Source: an uncultured cyanobacterium (GTDB taxonomy: Bacteria > Cyanobacteriota > Cyanobacteriia > Cyanobacteriales > Nostocaceae). Taken from it: a stretch of 64,000 nt of DNA. Positions 61,165 to 64,000 of the stretch are shown piece after piece. How positions within the stretch are numbered: the stretch's first letter is position 1; each line of letters opens with the position of its first letter. Under the pieces are notes generated by a model that did no database searches, was not told where the DNA came from, and saw nothing but the letters and a program-made list of their open reading frames with translations. Location: contig CAVUDP010000001.1 of NCBI GenBank assembly GCA_963740315.1, positions 608,001-672,000 of the forward strand. Direction: 5' to 3'. The position numbers and the translations under genes are program-made.

Positions 61165-62025
61165 ATGATTGGAGAATTTGAAAGAAATCAGATATATCAT
61201 ATGGACTGCTTGGATGGTCTAAAGCAGATACCGGACAATTGTATTGATATTGCTATTACTAGTCCTCCTTACTGGGGACAAAGAGGTGACGAAGGAATTG
61301 GATTGGAGGAAGATCCAAGAGAATATATTAATAATTTAACTCAAATACTACTTGAGGTAATGCGGGTTATAAAGCCTACCGGAATTTTGTGGCTTAATAT
61401 AGGTGATGCTTACAATACTCCTATTAATTGGAAGTTGGATGATTTGAAATATTCAACATTAGGTGCAAATGGTAATGGATTAGCACCAACTAACTCTGCT
61501 TACACTAAAAATAGAGGAAGACGACGTGCTTTTATAGAAAAAGAAGTCGGTTGGCTAACCTACGGTAATCTTCTTTCTTTACCTTACAGAATTATCCTTA
61601 ACTTGTGCGATCGCGGTATGTATTACCGAGGTGAAATTATTTGGACAAAAAGAAAAGCTATGCCAGAAGGTAGATGTCGTAGACCGCATCGTAAGCATGA
61701 ATCGATTTATATTATTGCTAAAAATGAAACACATAGTTTTCGGACAAAACCACCATGTCCTTCAGTATGGGATTTAAAACCTGACTCTAATCAAAATAAA
61801 GGACATACGAGTACTTTTCCTTTGAGTTTACCTGTTACTTGTATTGAATCAAGTGGTATTCAAAAAGGAATAGTACTCGATCCATTTATGGGAAGCGGTA
61901 CAACAGCAATAGCTGCGATCGTTAAAGGCTTCGATTACATTGGCTTTGAATTAAATGAAAAAAACTGTAGGAAATCTCAAACAAGAATAGAAGAATTATC
62001 CTACCAATTATGTCTTGATTTATAA
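61165..62025 (+). CDS. Beta-class amino-DNA methyltransferase (probably N4-cytosine)
   Basis: Catalytic 'TSPPY' precedes the SAM-binding 'DPFMGSGTT'. Confidence 0.9.
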   Translation: MIGEFERNQIYHMDCLDGLKQIPDNCIDIAITSPPYWGQRGDEGIGLEEDPREYINNLTQILLEVMRVIKPTGILWLNIGDAYNTPINWKLDDLKYSTLGANGNGLAPTNSAYTKNRGRRRAFIEKEVGWLTYGNLLSLPYRIILNLCDRGMYYRGEIIWTKRKAMPEGRCRRPHRKHESIYIIAKNETHSFRTKPPCPSVWDLKPDSNQNKGHTSTFPLSLPVTCIESSGIQKGIVLDPFMGSGTTAIAAIVKGFDYIGFELNEKNCRKSQTRIEELSYQLCLDL

Positions 62026-63165
62026 ATTATTTTTGTATTTCTCCCATGCAGCAACAATTTTTGATGGAAAAACATCCTCTGCTGGTTTTAACGAGCAAAC
62101 GAATATACGTTTTCCGCTCGGTGTAGACTTTAAGCTCGGAATTGTTCTCAAATTGTAAGAAAAACAAGCATCAAATGAGCCATGTTCCTCGATATATCTA
62201 CGTTTATCTGAAGGCTGTTCGTTAGTTCCCATCTCACCTCGATTAACAAGATCCCCAGCAGGAGGTGGAAAGGATTTTGAATCGAACGTATAAAGAAAGC
62301 TAGTGAATCCTTGTTTCATCATAGCTTCGCTACAAGGGACATCATCAGAAACTCGCTCGGCTAAAGAAGCTTTACTATGTACACCTCCGAATACCACTTT
62401 TTGTCCTTCATAATTACCATAAAGAACTAAATCAAGTTTTGAATCTCCAACTTTTCCTGCTAATCCCATTTCCTTTAAAACTTCCGCTTTAGCTTTTGAA
62501 GAAAGAAGTGCTTTTATGCTAATTTCATAGGACTCTAAAACAGGGGAATAACGTCGTTCTATAAACAATTCTAAAGCTTCTCCACCCGCTCTAACCCAAC
62601 TTTGTTCGGGTTTAGATTTTCTGTATTCTCTCAGATATATTCTGTAAATAATATGTTGATAAATGTCACTTGGATTAAGGTCAGGAAGTTCATTGACTGC
62701 AAACTCTAAAGCTTGAGTAATTGCTTCACGATTTTTAAGTTTTGGACGCGATACATTCAATCCGGCAAAAAGATTAGACACGTACTCTTCAACTTTTAAA
62801 TACTGTGTTTCCGTAATTGCTTCCAAAAATACTTCCTTAATCTGCCCTTCCCAAACAAGTTGCTGAAATATTCCATTCTTATGCTTTCTTATACTTCCTT
62901 TTAAAGGAAGAGGAATTACTCTATTTTCTCCAGGAAACCAACCGATATCTTGAAAAAATTTCTGAGGTTCGTAATCAAGTCCTTGAAGCCAGTCAAATAA
63001 TTCTATAATATCTAGCCTACGCTCAAGACCTTCAATTTTGGCAACATATGACTGATGTTGTCCAAGCCTTTGTGCAAGCATAACTTGTGTGATGTTACGT
63101 TGCGACCGAGCGTTAACCAGTTCTTTAATTAGTTGTATATATCTTGGGTCATGGATTGTACTCAT
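62020..63165 (-). CDS. XRE HTH fused to a PD-(D/E)xK restriction endonuclease (BsaWI/CCGG-family-like)
   Basis: N-terminal 'TQVMLAQRLGQHQSYVAKIEGLERRLD' HTH; 'QSWVRAGGEALE', 'SKLDLV', 'KASLAER'; convergent with and overlapping the MTase. Confidence 0.7.
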   Translation of the reverse strand: MSTIHDPRYIQLIKELVNARSQRNITQVMLAQRLGQHQSYVAKIEGLERRLDIIELFDWLQGLDYEPQKFFQDIGWFPGENRVIPLPLKGSIRKHKNGIFQQLVWEGQIKEVFLEAITETQYLKVEEYVSNLFAGLNVSRPKLKNREAITQALEFAVNELPDLNPSDIYQHIIYRIYLREYRKSKPEQSWVRAGGEALELFIERRYSPVLESYEISIKALLSSKAKAEVLKEMGLAGKVGDSKLDLVLYGNYEGQKVVFGGVHSKASLAERVSDDVPCSEAMMKQGFTSFLYTFDSKSFPPPAGDLVNRGEMGTNEQPSDKRRYIEEHGSFDACFSYNLRTIPSLKSTPSGKRIFVCSLKPAEDVFPSKIVAAWEKYKNNL

Positions 63166-63211
63166 CCCAATGATGGGAACATATAATCCACTATTATCCC
63201 AAAAAAGGATA
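63165..63211 (-). promoter_or_regulatory. Pair of related inverted repeats at the start of the HTH-REase gene (possible operator)
   Basis: TCCCA-ATGA-TGGGA (63165-63178) and TATCC-CAAAAAA-GGATA (63195-63211). Confidence 0.45.
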
Positions 63212-63546
63212 TTTCTGCTTTAATTAAAAAGGCTATAATTCATATCATATATTCCTTTCACTTATAATTAGCTTGCATATAATTACAACCTGTTTATTTA
63301 GTTACAGTCAATATGGCACAAACATTAGAAATATTAGCGAATAGCAACCGTAAGAAAAGATTTCAACAATTATCTTATGGAATTTTGGTCACAACCTTAA
63401 CATCTTAAATTTTTAAATTTACGTATCTACACTTAAATTGAAAATCAGAAATATCAACCGTTCGCAGTTGTCCGTATATCTTCTGAACTCATAAAGTCAC
63501 AGTATAAGCTATATGTAGTAAGTTATATCGCATCTACTACGTAACG

Positions 63547-64000
63547 GTGTACTTATTCTTCTATAATCTTGATTTTTCCGCGATTGAAAACTATTGGTTA
63601 AAACTGATTGAATCATTAACATCGCTAGATTTCGGTAAGTATTTTGATTCTGGGTTGCTTGCTAGTTTGCTCTTAGCGATCGCGACAATTTTCTTTTTAG
63701 GCAAATTATTATTAGAGGCAAAGCAGGAATTAAAGCAAGAGGTTATTGGGCGCAAACAAGCTGAAGAAGTGCTGGTTTTAAGTCAAAACCGTTTGAAATT
63801 ACTTAATACAATTTTGAATGGCGCTCCTTTAGGAATGTCTGTTGATGAAATAATTCAAGATACTATCAAACAACTTAATAGATATTTCCCCAATTTAAAA
63901 GTTGGTTTTTCAAATATCGATAGCAACGGTATTTTAACCGTTACTCATGCTGTGGAGATACCGGATACGCTACAACTAAAAGGCTTCACTATTGACTCAA
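63547..64000 (+). CDS. 5' part of a membrane-anchored signal-transduction protein (runs off window)
   Basis: Frame open to the window end: TM segment, then 'RKQAEEVL' signalling helix and a GAF-like start; start codon uncertain. Confidence 0.5.
   Translation, partial: MYLFFYNLDFSAIENYWLKLIESLTSLDFGKYFDSGLLASLLLAIATIFFLGKLLLEAKQELKQEVIGRKQAEEVLVLSQNRLKLLNTILNGAPLGMSVDEIIQDTIKQLNRYFPNLKVGFSNIDSNGILTVTHAVEIPDTLQLKGFTIDS

Overview
AT-rich chromosomal segment of a filamentous (Nostocales-like) cyanobacterium, judged from the frequent HIP1 octamer GCGATCGC, heptamer STRR tracts, nblA and cyanobacteriochrome GAF domains. Most of the window is a mix of housekeeping and accessory genes: a five-GAF photosensory histidine kinase, S9 peptidase, nblA, NACHT NTPase, agmatinase-family enzyme, RluA, argD, rbp-rpsU, a 2111-aa ELW-repeat/RTX protein, dGTPase, ftsH, a frameshifted large membrane protein, photolyase, mtnB and ilvA. 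The right third holds four notable regions. (i) An alginate-like polysaccharide cassette (PL14-type lyase, Alg8-like synthase with an extra C-terminal domain, Alg44-like protein) lies between a gene and a degenerate copy of that gene's 5' end. (ii) A Phd / HEPN-like DUF4209 with an antitoxin-like tail / VapC / DUF433 toxin-antitoxin cluster. (iii) A partly decayed tRNA array of about 16 genes and pseudogenes, in which a 24-26 nt hairpin element has repeatedly inserted at GT^TC, including the T-loops of two tRNA genes. (iv) A type II R-M locus whose endonuclease is fused to an XRE HTH. All calls come from reading the sequence and recognising motifs; no database searches were run.
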